From positions 256,001 to 320,000 of the forward strand of contig CBDETY010000003.1 of assembly GCA_965243025.1 (NCBI GenBank): a DNA stretch of 64,000 nucleotides, read 5' to 3'. Positions within the stretch are counted from its first letter, which is position 1, and the number at the start of each line of letters is the position of its first letter. Source of the stretch: Candidatus Latescibacterota bacterium. GTDB taxonomy: Bacteria; Latescibacterota; UBA2968; UBA8231. Positions 28,879 to 38,333 of the stretch are shown piece after piece. Under the pieces are notes generated by a model. The model saw only the letters and a list, made by a program, of their open reading frames with translations, was not told where the DNA came from and ran no database searches. The translations under genes and the position numbers were made by a program.

Positions 28879-30071
28879 GGGCGGCGGAGCAGCTGGTCGA
28901 CCTGGCCCCGGACGCCGGCGGGGACCGGATCGCCGTCGTCAGGGACGGGGAAGTTTCGTACCTGCCGGCGCAGCGCGTCGACCTCGGCATCGACCACCGG
29001 GGCGCTTCGGGCAGCTGCCGCTACATCCGCCGCTCCCCGGAGGGAGACCTGTTCGTAACCGGCCCGACCCTCGAGCGCCGCATGTTCCGGTCGGCCGACG
29101 GCGGCAGGTCCTGGTCCGGGCACCGGTACGACCTCGGCATGGAGCGCTTCGACCTGAAGCAGATGCCGCGGGACGGCGAGGCGGGCTGGGTGGGGGCCTT
29201 CGAGATCCTCGACGACGGCACCTTCCTGCTCAACGTCATGCCCTCCAACCACCGCCGCAACAGCGAGTCGTATCTCGCCCGCTCCGGGGACCGCGGCGCG
29301 AGCTGGACGGTCGAGCGCATGCAACTGCCGCTCGGAGACCACCGCTCCGTGGCCGCCGGCAACTCCGACATGATCCAGCTCTCCGACGGCACCCTGCTGC
29401 TGACCATGGACCACTTCTTCTACCTCGAAATGGCGGAGGAGAAGGAGCTCCCCGTCGAGCAGCGGGGGGTGTTCGCCCATCTCCTGCGCTCGGGAGACGG
29501 GGGCGTCACCTGGGAGGAGAAAAGTCCCCTGACGATGCACGGCGCCGAGGTCCACCTGCTTGAGCTGCCCTCGGGAAAGCTGCTGTCCGCCATCCGCAAG
29601 CAGCGCAACATCCGCCTCCCCGGCGACCCGGAGGATATCGAGGCGGAGATGCGCGCCAACGGCTACGACCCGGAGCACACCGGGTTCGAGGAGCCGGTCG
29701 ACGAGGAGGCCGCCCGCGTCAAGTCGGTGTTCGTGTCGGAGTCCGGGGACGCCGGCCGCACCTGGGTGAACGAACGGAGGGTCACCGGGTACGAGCAGTG
29801 TTCCGGCGACCTCGCGCTGCTGGCGGACGGCACCACCCTCGTGCTCGCCTACGACAGCCGCTACCACGACCGCTTCGCCCGCGCCGGGGTGCGCGCCAGG
29901 GTCAGCCGCGACGCCGGGGCAACCTGGGAGCCGGAGGAGTACATCCTCGGAGAAGGGGAGAACTACCCGGGATGCATCGCCATGCCGGACGGCACCCTGA
30001 TCACCACCTGCCCCTACCGGCACTGCGGGCCGATCCAGGCCGTGCACTGGCGGCCGCCGGCGAAGGGGTGA
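28875..30071 (+). CDS. BNR/Asp-box beta-propeller (sialidase-like) protein
   Basis: Five Asp-boxes: RSADGGRSW, RSGDRGASW, RSGDGGVTW, ESGDAGRTW, VSRDAGATW; ATGA overlap with the previous gene. Confidence 0.85.
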   Translation: MRAAEQLVDLAPDAGGDRIAVVRDGEVSYLPAQRVDLGIDHRGASGSCRYIRRSPEGDLFVTGPTLERRMFRSADGGRSWSGHRYDLGMERFDLKQMPRDGEAGWVGAFEILDDGTFLLNVMPSNHRRNSESYLARSGDRGASWTVERMQLPLGDHRSVAAGNSDMIQLSDGTLLLTMDHFFYLEMAEEKELPVEQRGVFAHLLRSGDGGVTWEEKSPLTMHGAEVHLLELPSGKLLSAIRKQRNIRLPGDPEDIEAEMRANGYDPEHTGFEEPVDEEAARVKSVFVSESGDAGRTWVNERRVTGYEQCSGDLALLADGTTLVLAYDSRYHDRFARAGVRARVSRDAGATWEPEEYILGEGENYPGCIAMPDGTLITTCPYRHCGPIQAVHWRPPAKG

Positions 30072-30146
30072 CCGGTGGCGGCATGCAGCGGGCGTCGAGT
30101 TCCGCGGGAATTTTGCGGATGACCTTGCCACCAACGGAGGACGGAT

Positions 30147-30857
30147 ATGCAGGAAGCCACTGACCGGCGGCAGCAGTTCGAAGCGGAGGGATACCTCGTC
30201 ATCGAGGAGGCGATCGCCGGGAGCGGGCTCACCCGCCTTCAGGAAGCCTTCGACGAGGGGGCGCGGGCGGGCAAGGGGGACTGGCTCGCCGGGATCGCCG
30301 CGGGCAGGACGGCTCCCGGGTTCTACGACCTGCCGGACCCGCTGGCGGGGGACGACGTCTTCCTCGATCTCGCCGACCACCCGAGCTACTACGGGACCCT
30401 GATGGAGCTGACCGGGGGCGAGCTGATCTTCCTGGGGATCTCCGCCCGGCTCCTGCCGCCGAGCCCGGTCAGCTACACCGGGTGGCATCCCGACGACCTG
30501 CACAGCGGCCCGCCGATGCTGCTGAAGGTCCAGATCTACGTCGACGACGTCGACTCGCGCGAGGGGGCGTTCGCCTTCGTGCCGGGCAGCCACCTGCCCG
30601 GTTCCGGCCCCTATCCCTACGCAGCCCGCCTCGACAGCATGCCGGGACACAAGGTCATCCTCGGCAAGGCGGGGACCGCGGTCATCTTCGACGCCTTCGG
30701 CTGGCATACCGCCTGGAGCAACCGCGGCGCCCGGCCGCGAAAGTCGGTGATCCTCACTTACGAGAAGCCGGGGGAACGGAAGCAGAGCCCCTTCTCCGGG
30801 CTCGCGGACAGGCTGTCCACCCCGGAGCGGCGCCGGCTGTTCCTGTGGGAAGCTTGA
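30147..30857 (+). CDS. Phytanoyl-CoA dioxygenase (PhyH) family protein
   Basis: QFEAEGYL, WHPD, VPGSH, WHTA (HxD...H facial triad). Confidence 0.9.
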   Translation: MQEATDRRQQFEAEGYLVIEEAIAGSGLTRLQEAFDEGARAGKGDWLAGIAAGRTAPGFYDLPDPLAGDDVFLDLADHPSYYGTLMELTGGELIFLGISARLLPPSPVSYTGWHPDDLHSGPPMLLKVQIYVDDVDSREGAFAFVPGSHLPGSGPYPYAARLDSMPGHKVILGKAGTAVIFDAFGWHTAWSNRGARPRKSVILTYEKPGERKQSPFSGLADRLSTPERRRLFLWEA

Positions 30858-30865
30858 GCACCGCC

Positions 30866-31753
30866 ATGATCGTAGACTCGCACGTCCACGTATTCGCCCG
30901 CGCCTCCGACGAGTTTCCGCGCGAGGTCGGAAAGGGGCGGCCCGCCGAACGCGAGGAGCCGGGCGAAAAGCTGCTCGGCCTGATGGAGGAGCACGGCGTC
31001 GACCGCGCCGTGCTGGTGCAGACCGGCGGCTCCCGGATCGAGCACCACCGCTACCTGCGGCACTGCCTGCGCACCTGGCCCGGCCGCTTTGCCGGGATCG
31101 GGCTAATCCCTGAAGAGACAGCCTCTCCGGAGGACCACATGGACCGGCTCGCCGGAGACGGGGGCGTCATCGGCTTCCGGCTGCGCCACGTCGGCGGCCC
31201 GGCCGATCCCTTCGCCCCGGTCGACGTCAGGCAGCTGGAGACCTTTCCGGTCTGGCGTCACGCCGCGGAGAGGGATTACGTCCTCTGGCTCTACATCCGG
31301 GCCGCGGACACCCACCTCGTCCCCTGGCTCGTCGACGCCTTCCCCCAGGTCCGGGTCGTCTTCAACCACCTGATGGTCTGCCCCGGCACCGGGACCTTCA
31401 CCTGGGACGGCGAGGGGCGCCCCCGGATCGAGACCTCCACCGGGTTTCCCGCCAGCCACTACTCGCTTCTCTGCCTGCGCGAGTACGAAAACGTCTGCGT
31501 CCACCTCTCCGGGCAGTACGCCGTCAGCGGCGAGGAGTGGCCCTACCGCGACCTCGCCGGCGTGCACGAGCGCCTGCTGACCAAGACCTTCGGCGCGGAC
31601 CGCCTGATGTGGGCCTCGGATTTTCCGTGGATCGCGGAGAACCCCGGCTACGGCAGGATCCTGGGGGTGATCGACCAGCTGCTGCCGCAGCTGAGCGACG
31701 TTGAGCGCGCCGCCATCATGGGGGGGACGGCGGAGCGTTTCCTGCGGCTGTAG
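30866..31753 (+). CDS. Amidohydrolase_2 family protein
   Basis: IVDSHVH, GVDRAVLVQ, VFNHL, FGADRLMWASDFP, IMGGTA. Confidence 0.9.
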   Translation: MIVDSHVHVFARASDEFPREVGKGRPAEREEPGEKLLGLMEEHGVDRAVLVQTGGSRIEHHRYLRHCLRTWPGRFAGIGLIPEETASPEDHMDRLAGDGGVIGFRLRHVGGPADPFAPVDVRQLETFPVWRHAAERDYVLWLYIRAADTHLVPWLVDAFPQVRVVFNHLMVCPGTGTFTWDGEGRPRIETSTGFPASHYSLLCLREYENVCVHLSGQYAVSGEEWPYRDLAGVHERLLTKTFGADRLMWASDFPWIAENPGYGRILGVIDQLLPQLSDVERAAIMGGTAERFLRL

Positions 31754-31863
31754 ATAGGGGAAGGGGTTTCAGCTCAGGCGTTCCTGTTTGCCGGGGCTGT
31801 CTGTTCGTATTCCTGTCCGGCCATCGCAGCGGCCGCAACGACTCGTGGAACCTCGAGAGCCGC

Positions 31864-32646
31864 TCAGCTCGTGAGGAAATTCAGCGTGAACATGCGGCGG
31901 CCGCGGCCGCCGCCGAACGAGGCGTGCCAGAGCTGGTGGCTGAAGAAGACGACGTCCCCCGGCTCCGACTCGATTGCATGGGCGGGCACTTCGGCGGGGG
32001 GGATGCCGAAGATATTGACCTCGGGGTCGCGCAGCAGCTCCTCCCCGCCCTTCGGGCTGCCGGTGTCCCTTTCCCACATCTGCAGCAGCTTCGGGGCGAC
32101 GCGGTCGTATTTCCGGGCCCGCGCCGGGATATCGAGGTGCAGCGACCAGAGCGAGTCGTGGAAGGGGTTCCTGTGGGATCCGGGGATCACCCGCAGGCAG
32201 CCCGAGTCCCGCCCCACCGGGTCGAGGTAGAAGGCGACCTTTATCGACGGCCGGTAGTGGTTGGTCAGGTTGCCGGCCAGCCGGTAGGGATCGTTCATCC
32301 CTTCGGGGATGGCGGGGTCCCAGCCGAGGTCGGGATGCCACACGGTGTCGCCGACGTAGAGGTTGCCGTCGTTGTGGTCCTTCAGGGAGTTCTCCGGCCC
32401 CAGCAGCTCGTCGACCTTGCCGCGGATGCGGGGGTCGGTTTCGAGATAAGCGGCTTCGGGCCGGCTCCTGACCCAGTCGAGGATGGTCCGCCGTTCCGCC
32501 GGCTCCGTCTCCGGCCCTTCGAGCTCCTCCCGCATGGCCGCGTCGAACTCGCGGCTTATCGCGTCGATCTCCGGTGCGGGGAACAGCTGCCGCCTGACGA
32601 CGAACCCGAAGGTGTCGAACTGCCGCCGGTCTTCCGTCCCGCTCAC
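31864..32646 (-). CDS. Phytanoyl-CoA dioxygenase (PhyH) family protein
   Basis: GTG start overlapping the sulfatase stop; QFDTFGFVV, WHPD, KVAFYLD, LRVIPGSH, PGDVVFF..LWHAS. Confidence 0.88.
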   Translation of the reverse strand: MSGTEDRRQFDTFGFVVRRQLFPAPEIDAISREFDAAMREELEGPETEPAERRTILDWVRSRPEAAYLETDPRIRGKVDELLGPENSLKDHNDGNLYVGDTVWHPDLGWDPAIPEGMNDPYRLAGNLTNHYRPSIKVAFYLDPVGRDSGCLRVIPGSHRNPFHDSLWSLHLDIPARARKYDRVAPKLLQMWERDTGSPKGGEELLRDPEVNIFGIPPAEVPAHAIESEPGDVVFFSHQLWHASFGGGRGRRMFTLNFLTS

Positions 32647-34160
32647 GGCGTCTCCTCCCCGAGGTACTGGTCCATCGCTCCCCGCCGGTAGTCGTACCGG
32701 GGAAAGTGCCGCCAGGTCTGGCCGCGCTCCCGCATGACGTCGCGGATCAGGCGGCGGCGGTACAGGCTTTCGAGGTTCTCCTGCTCCATCGCCGCCGGGT
32801 CGAAGCGGCCGAGCATGGCACCCTCCATGCGCCGGGCGACATCGGCGTGCCCCGGGTCCGCGGCGAGGTTGTTCCACTCTCCCGGGTCGGCCTGCAGGTC
32901 GAACAGCTGCGGCTCGTACCCGTGTATGTAGCTGTACTTGTAGGACCCCTCGCGCATCATTATGCAGGGCATGCCGACCGCTTCGTGCGCCTGCGCGAAG
33001 ACGCAGCGGCCGCCGTCCTCCCCCTCGATTACCGGCAGCAGGCTGCCGCCGTCGTGGGGCAGGAGGTCCCGGATGCCGGCGATCTCGGCGAAGGTCGGAA
33101 GCAGGTCGAGCAGCGACACCGGGGTCTGCACCGCGCTGCCGGCCCGCCAGCCGCCGGGGAAGCGGACGACGAGCGGCACCCGGCAGGACCACTCGTAGAA
33201 GCAGCGCTTCTGCACCATCTCCCGCTCGCACAGCATGTCGCCGTGGTCGCTGGTGAAGAGGACGACGGTGTCGTCGGCGAGCCCGGTCTCCTCGAGGGTG
33301 TCGAGGAGACCGCCGAGCTTGTCGTCCATGTAGGTGGTAACCCCGTAGTAGGCCCGCCGCACCCGCTCCATGCTCTCCCGGCGGCGCAGGTCGAAGCGGC
33401 CGACGCCGTGGTAGGCGTTGAGGCAGCGGTCCATCTGCGAGCGCCCCGCCTCGAATCCCTCGGGGAACCCGGCGACTTCGATTTCCGCTCCGTCGTACAG
33501 GTCCCAGTACTGCTGCGGCGGCCAGAACGGCTCGTGCGGGTGGTGGTAGGAGGCGACCAGCAGGAACGGTTCCTCCCCCTTGCTCTGCCCCCGGGCCCGC
33601 AGGTACTCGACCGCGCGGAAGTGGGTCTCCTCGTCGTAGCTGAGGGCGTTGTGCCAGCGGCCGACCTCGATCCCCTCGCCGACGTAGTGGGCGGCGTTGT
33701 AAGTCTGCCGCTGCGCCATCACCTCCTCCGGGTCGGCGCCGCGGTTCTCCTTGATGCGGATCCACTCCTCCCGCACCCAGGAGAAGTCCGGGGAGTAGAT
33801 GTCGGTGGTCAGCCGCCGCCGGAAGCCGTGGCGCTGCTCGGCGCCGATGAAGTGCATCTTGCCCGACAGCACGGTGTCGTACCCGGCTGCCGCGCACCAA
33901 GTGGCGAAGGTCGGGTGGTCGCAGCCGAGCGGGGAGCCGTTGTCCCAGGCGCCGATCTCCGAGGCGTGGCGCCCCGACATCAAGCAGGCGCGCCCGGGGG
34001 CGCAGAGGGGAAAAGGGGTGTAGGCGGAGTCGAAGCGCACCCCCTCTCCGGCGAGGCGGTCGAGGTGGGGGGTGCGGACCACGGGATGGCCGTACGCCCC
34101 GGTCAGGGCGGCGACCATCTGGTCTGAAACCACCAGCAGTATGTTCGGTCGTTTCGCCAT
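32643..34160 (-). CDS. Sulfatase (choline-sulfatase-like)
   Basis: RPNILLVVSDQ, TPHLDRLA, CAPGR (CxPxR), GKMHF, PHEP, TSDHGDM, LFDLQADPGE. Confidence 0.93.
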   Translation of the reverse strand: MAKRPNILLVVSDQMVAALTGAYGHPVVRTPHLDRLAGEGVRFDSAYTPFPLCAPGRACLMSGRHASEIGAWDNGSPLGCDHPTFATWCAAAGYDTVLSGKMHFIGAEQRHGFRRRLTTDIYSPDFSWVREEWIRIKENRGADPEEVMAQRQTYNAAHYVGEGIEVGRWHNALSYDEETHFRAVEYLRARGQSKGEEPFLLVASYHHPHEPFWPPQQYWDLYDGAEIEVAGFPEGFEAGRSQMDRCLNAYHGVGRFDLRRRESMERVRRAYYGVTTYMDDKLGGLLDTLEETGLADDTVVLFTSDHGDMLCEREMVQKRCFYEWSCRVPLVVRFPGGWRAGSAVQTPVSLLDLLPTFAEIAGIRDLLPHDGGSLLPVIEGEDGGRCVFAQAHEAVGMPCIMMREGSYKYSYIHGYEPQLFDLQADPGEWNNLAADPGHADVARRMEGAMLGRFDPAAMEQENLESLYRRRLIRDVMRERGQTWRHFPRYDYRRGAMDQYLGEETP

Positions 34161-34193
34161 GCCGCTCCTGACGGTCCGGGAAGCGCCTCCCGG

Positions 34194-36119
34194 CTACTTC
34201 TCGAACAGGTCGCGGGCGACCGCCCCCTGGCAGTGGGCGGGAGGCTCGACCCCGAAGAGGTGGCACCAGGTCGCCACGACGTCGACGGCGTGGATGTACC
34301 CCAGCTCCTCCACCGGGCGCTCGTACCCCTTCCTGACGCCCGGGCCGGCGATCATCATCGTGCCGAAGCTCGAGGAGAGGTCGTTCCGCGTCGGCAGGAA
34401 ACCGCCGTGATGGGCCCCGAACACTTCGGGGGCTCCGGCGGCGCCCCCTCCGACGATGCCCCGCCACTGGCCGAAATAGCCGCTGACGTACCCGTGGTCC
34501 CAGGCGAAGACCACGTCCCCGCACTGCGGACCCCACTGCCCGAGCAGGTAGGCGTCCCGCTTCGGCAGGGCGATGGCGACCGGAGTGCCCCCGACCTCCT
34601 CGTCCACCCAGGTGCGCAGCGCCAGCAGCAGCTCCCGCTCGATGCGGTCGAACTCCTCTCCCGGCTCGGCGTTGATGTAGATGTCGAACCCCTTGTCGTC
34701 TTTCAGGTAGGCCCGCGTCTTCCCCCAGTCGATGTCCTCTTCGAGCACCAGGTCCTCCTCGACGCGGCTGCCGCCCCCCGGCTTCAGCGCGGTGAACCCC
34801 CGGTCGTGCAGGTACTTGCGGATGTTGGCGACGCGGACGTCGGGGTAGGCGCCGTGGTCGGCGAGCACGCTGACGTAGGTGCCGGGGCCGGCCGCCTCCC
34901 AGATGCGGCCGAGGACGCGGTCCCCGACCTGGTAGGCCTTGCGGAACATCTCCATCGCCTCGTCCGCCTTCGCCGGATCGTACCCGGGACAAGCGGGGTC
35001 GACGTCGTTCAGGTGTATGTGATTCAGGTAGTCGAACAGGTGCCAGTGGCAGGTGAAGAAGGAGCAGTCCTTCTCCCGCAGCATGTAGTTGGCGACGTCG
35101 GCGAACCAGAGCCCCTGGTACTCGCACTCCTCCATGGCGGTGTCGAAGTCCGCCATGCCGTGGGTGTAGGGAAGGGTCGAGGCGTGCTCCTGGTACGGCC
35201 CGAAGCGGTCGACCAGCTCGGCGGCGAGATCGCCGGGAAAGGTGAAGCCGTCGGCGAAGGTCACCTGCGAGCGGTAGAGCTGGAGGTGGGTCCCGTCGGC
35301 GCTGAGGGCGACGGGCTTGAAGCGCACCGAGGCCCGCTGCCGGCGCCCGCCGAAAGCGAAGTCGTCGATCGCCCAGCCGCTCCAGCAGCCGGCCGCGGCC
35401 GCGGCGAGAGGGGCGCCGCCGTCGCGGTCCCGGCAAATGGTTACGCGGTCGTACCCCTTCCCTTCCGTGTCGGTGACCAGCACCTGGAGCACGGTGACGT
35501 CGCCGCCCCGGGCCGCCTCGATTTCTATGGAGGTCGCCAGCGGCGGCGACTTGCCGGGGGGCAGGTTGGTCCAGCCCTCCGCCGGGCGCAGCGGCGCAAC
35601 CTGCTGCACGCTCCGCTGCGAGCGCCGCACCGCGGTGCCGTCGTGGTCCATCTCGATTTCCGTCTCTTCGACCGCGGCCGTGGTGTACGCCTGCGCCAGG
35701 GCGATTTCGTAGTCGGTGCTCGCGTGTCCGGGGTGGCCGTACCCGTCGACGACGAAACCGGTCCTGACGCCGGATGGATCGGCGGCCGGGTAGTGCACGG
35801 CCACCGACTTGAGGCCGGCCCGTTCCAGGGCGTTCCAGATGCGCTCGGCGCTCAGGGCGCGGCCGTCGAAGCTGCTGATCCGCTCCCCGTCGGGAAGCTG
35901 CACGCGCCAGCGCGTGGCCCCGTGGGTGCCGGTGTGGGCTCCCGTCGACAGCGTCGCCCAGTTGGTCGGGGTCCAGACCGGGAAGGAGGGGGCGGTCTGG
36001 TTGACCGCCCCTTCGGCGAGCATGCGGGCGAAGTTCGGCAGGATCCCCTCGGCGGCGAACTTCTTCACCATCGGGGTGATGAGCCCGTCCATGCCGTACG
36101 CGTAGATCTTCGTTTCCAT
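34194..36119 (-). CDS. Alkaline phosphatase superfamily protein (nucleotide pyrophosphatase/phosphodiesterase-like)
   Basis: YGMDG, PVWTPTNWATLSTG..HG, DYLNH, ADHG, GAHHG, VDVVAT. Confidence 0.88.
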   Translation of the reverse strand: METKIYAYGMDGLITPMVKKFAAEGILPNFARMLAEGAVNQTAPSFPVWTPTNWATLSTGAHTGTHGATRWRVQLPDGERISSFDGRALSAERIWNALERAGLKSVAVHYPAADPSGVRTGFVVDGYGHPGHASTDYEIALAQAYTTAAVEETEIEMDHDGTAVRRSQRSVQQVAPLRPAEGWTNLPPGKSPPLATSIEIEAARGGDVTVLQVLVTDTEGKGYDRVTICRDRDGGAPLAAAAAGCWSGWAIDDFAFGGRRQRASVRFKPVALSADGTHLQLYRSQVTFADGFTFPGDLAAELVDRFGPYQEHASTLPYTHGMADFDTAMEECEYQGLWFADVANYMLREKDCSFFTCHWHLFDYLNHIHLNDVDPACPGYDPAKADEAMEMFRKAYQVGDRVLGRIWEAAGPGTYVSVLADHGAYPDVRVANIRKYLHDRGFTALKPGGGSRVEEDLVLEEDIDWGKTRAYLKDDKGFDIYINAEPGEEFDRIERELLLALRTWVDEEVGGTPVAIALPKRDAYLLGQWGPQCGDVVFAWDHGYVSGYFGQWRGIVGGGAAGAPEVFGAHHGGFLPTRNDLSSSFGTMMIAGPGVRKGYERPVEELGYIHAVDVVATWCHLFGVEPPAHCQGAVARDLFEK

Positions 36120-36146
36120 ACCTGTCTCCGTGAGGGGGGCCGGGGG

Positions 36147-38042
36147 CTACCGCGCCAGGTGCCAGTCGGGGTCCTCGAGCGCCTCGTAGACGACGCCCCC
36201 CTCGACGTCGCGCGGCATCGGCACGCCCATCAGGTAGCAGATGGTCGGGGCGACGTCGACGGCCCGCACCTGGCGCCGCAGGTCGGCGCCCTGCCGCACT
36301 CCCGCGCCGGCCATGATGAAAGTGCAGTGCTGCCCGCCGATGCCGAGGCTGGCCGAGGGAAGCTGCTTGCCGTGGGCGCCGTCGAACTCCGGGCGCAGGG
36401 CGTAGACCACGTCGCCCACGAGGTCGCCCCAGAGGTTGACCATCTCGGCGTCCTCGCGCGTCAGCGCCAGGGCGAACGGGCACAGGCCGGTCTTCTCGTC
36501 GACGTACCCGTTCAGTGCGGCGACGATGTCGAGCTGGGTCTGCCGGTATTCTTCCGGGGCGACGATTCCGGTCGGCTCGCGCCCCTCGAGGTTGATGAAG
36601 ATGTGGACGAGCCCGACGTCGGCGGCGATGGTGCGCTCCCAGTCGATCCCGCCTCCCTCCCTGCCGGTGAGGAATCCTGTCTCTTCGAGCACCTTCGAGA
36701 CGTTCACCGCCCCGTACTGGGTCGGGGTGCCGCCGTGATCGGAGACAACAAGGCAGACAGTGTCGTCGTCGGCGAGGGCGGCCACCCGGCCGATCATCGC
36801 GTCGACCGAGGCGAAGGTGCGCTCGAGCCCCTCGCGGCAGCGGGCGAGGGTGCCGGGGTCGGCGCCGCTGACCTCGTCGGCCTGCGCCAGGAAGAAGTGG
36901 CTGGCGTAGTCGGGGGCGTGGGACTCGATGAAGAGGATGTCCCACTCGCGCGAGCCGGTCAGGTACCCGGCGACGTCGGCGAGCCTCTGGTGGTGGAAGT
37001 CGAGGAGCTCGAAATAGGTGTCGTCGTCGACGACTCCGAGGGCGTCGCGGGCGGGGTTCTGCAGGAAGTTTCCGACCTCCTCGTCGAGCTCCCGCGACAG
37101 CGGCACCGGGGCGGTGTACCCGACCGCGGGCCAGATCTGCGGCATGAAGAGCTCGAAGCGCTCGAGGCCGGGGGGCATCGCCACCAGCTTGGCCTGCACG
37201 TACCCGTCGATCTCCTCGCCGTCGATGAGGAAGGTGTCGCGCCACCACTCGCTCCACTGGCCCTCGGAAAGCTCGGCGACCGCAGCGCCGCAGTCCCGGT
37301 CGCGGCAGACCAGAAGCCGGTCGTAGCCGTCGCCGCCGCTGGCGTAAGCGAGGCCGTAGTAGGTCTTGGGCTTTGCGGTGCTGCCCCTCGGCACGCGGCC
37401 TCGGGTCAGGGGCCTGACGGTCAGGTCCACCGCGCGCGGCGGCATCTGCGACTCGGGGAGATTCTTCCAGTTTCTGCTTCCGGCCGCCTTGATCCTCACC
37501 GGATCGGCGACCTCGATGGTCTGCAGGGCGCTCGGGTCGAGGGTCTCGGGGTCGCGCTCGCCGCCGACCGGTCGCGGTTTCCAGTCGCCGGAGACGAACA
37601 GGTGGTAGCCGGCGATCTGGTGCACGTTCGACACCCCGGGACCGGTTCCCTCGACCTGCACCCCGTCGCGGACGGTGGGGGGCCAGGACATCTCCCACTT
37701 GACGAGAATCGGCTTGCGGCCGGCGCGCTCCATCGCATTCCACAGGTATTCCGATTTCGACAGGCCGGTGTCGATGCCCCAGACCGTCTCGTCGAGGCGG
37801 CCTCCGAGCTTGCGGATGTTGAAGTCCATGACTTCGTGGTTGCCCGGCCAAGAACCGGTGGACGTGGCCGTCCAGCCCGGCGGAGTCAGCGTGGGAAACA
37901 CGCCGATCATCGGCCGCCGCACCCCCCTGCCGGCAAGGGCCGCGAGGTTGGGCATGTGCCCCCCGTCCATCATCCGCGACACCAGCTCCATGCTGGCGCC
38001 GTCCATGCCGATCACGATGGCTCGCTTTGCAGGTGGGTTCAT
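36147..38042 (-). CDS. Alkaline phosphatase superfamily protein (nucleotide pyrophosphatase/phosphodiesterase-like)
   Basis: VIGMDGA, PTLTPPGWTATSTG, PDYASH, VSDHG, INLEGREP.GIV, GAHG, VDVAPT. Confidence 0.9.
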   Translation of the reverse strand: MNPPAKRAIVIGMDGASMELVSRMMDGGHMPNLAALAGRGVRRPMIGVFPTLTPPGWTATSTGSWPGNHEVMDFNIRKLGGRLDETVWGIDTGLSKSEYLWNAMERAGRKPILVKWEMSWPPTVRDGVQVEGTGPGVSNVHQIAGYHLFVSGDWKPRPVGGERDPETLDPSALQTIEVADPVRIKAAGSRNWKNLPESQMPPRAVDLTVRPLTRGRVPRGSTAKPKTYYGLAYASGGDGYDRLLVCRDRDCGAAVAELSEGQWSEWWRDTFLIDGEEIDGYVQAKLVAMPPGLERFELFMPQIWPAVGYTAPVPLSRELDEEVGNFLQNPARDALGVVDDDTYFELLDFHHQRLADVAGYLTGSREWDILFIESHAPDYASHFFLAQADEVSGADPGTLARCREGLERTFASVDAMIGRVAALADDDTVCLVVSDHGGTPTQYGAVNVSKVLEETGFLTGREGGGIDWERTIAADVGLVHIFINLEGREPTGIVAPEEYRQTQLDIVAALNGYVDEKTGLCPFALALTREDAEMVNLWGDLVGDVVYALRPEFDGAHGKQLPSASLGIGGQHCTFIMAGAGVRQGADLRRQVRAVDVAPTICYLMGVPMPRDVEGGVVYEALEDPDWHLAR

Positions 38043-38333
38043 TTCCTGTGTCCGTTCTCTCCGGGATGACGGTGAAGTGTTGCCGCCTGAAGGGGATTTT
38101 CAGGCCGGGACAAGGTACGGCTCCCGGTATATGGGTTCCACCGCGACGGCCGGGTCCGACAGGGGCGGCTTCAATGTCGGGACCGGACAGGCGAGGGCGG
38201 TGCAGCGGCGCGTCGACAGGGCTGCGATTCGGGTCCGGAAGCCATGGCCCTGACGGCCGGGGAACCGGTTGAGGGTGACCGTTGCGCTGCCATCCCGCGG
38301 AATGGTTCCCCGGGCCCGCAGCTGCTGCCTTTC

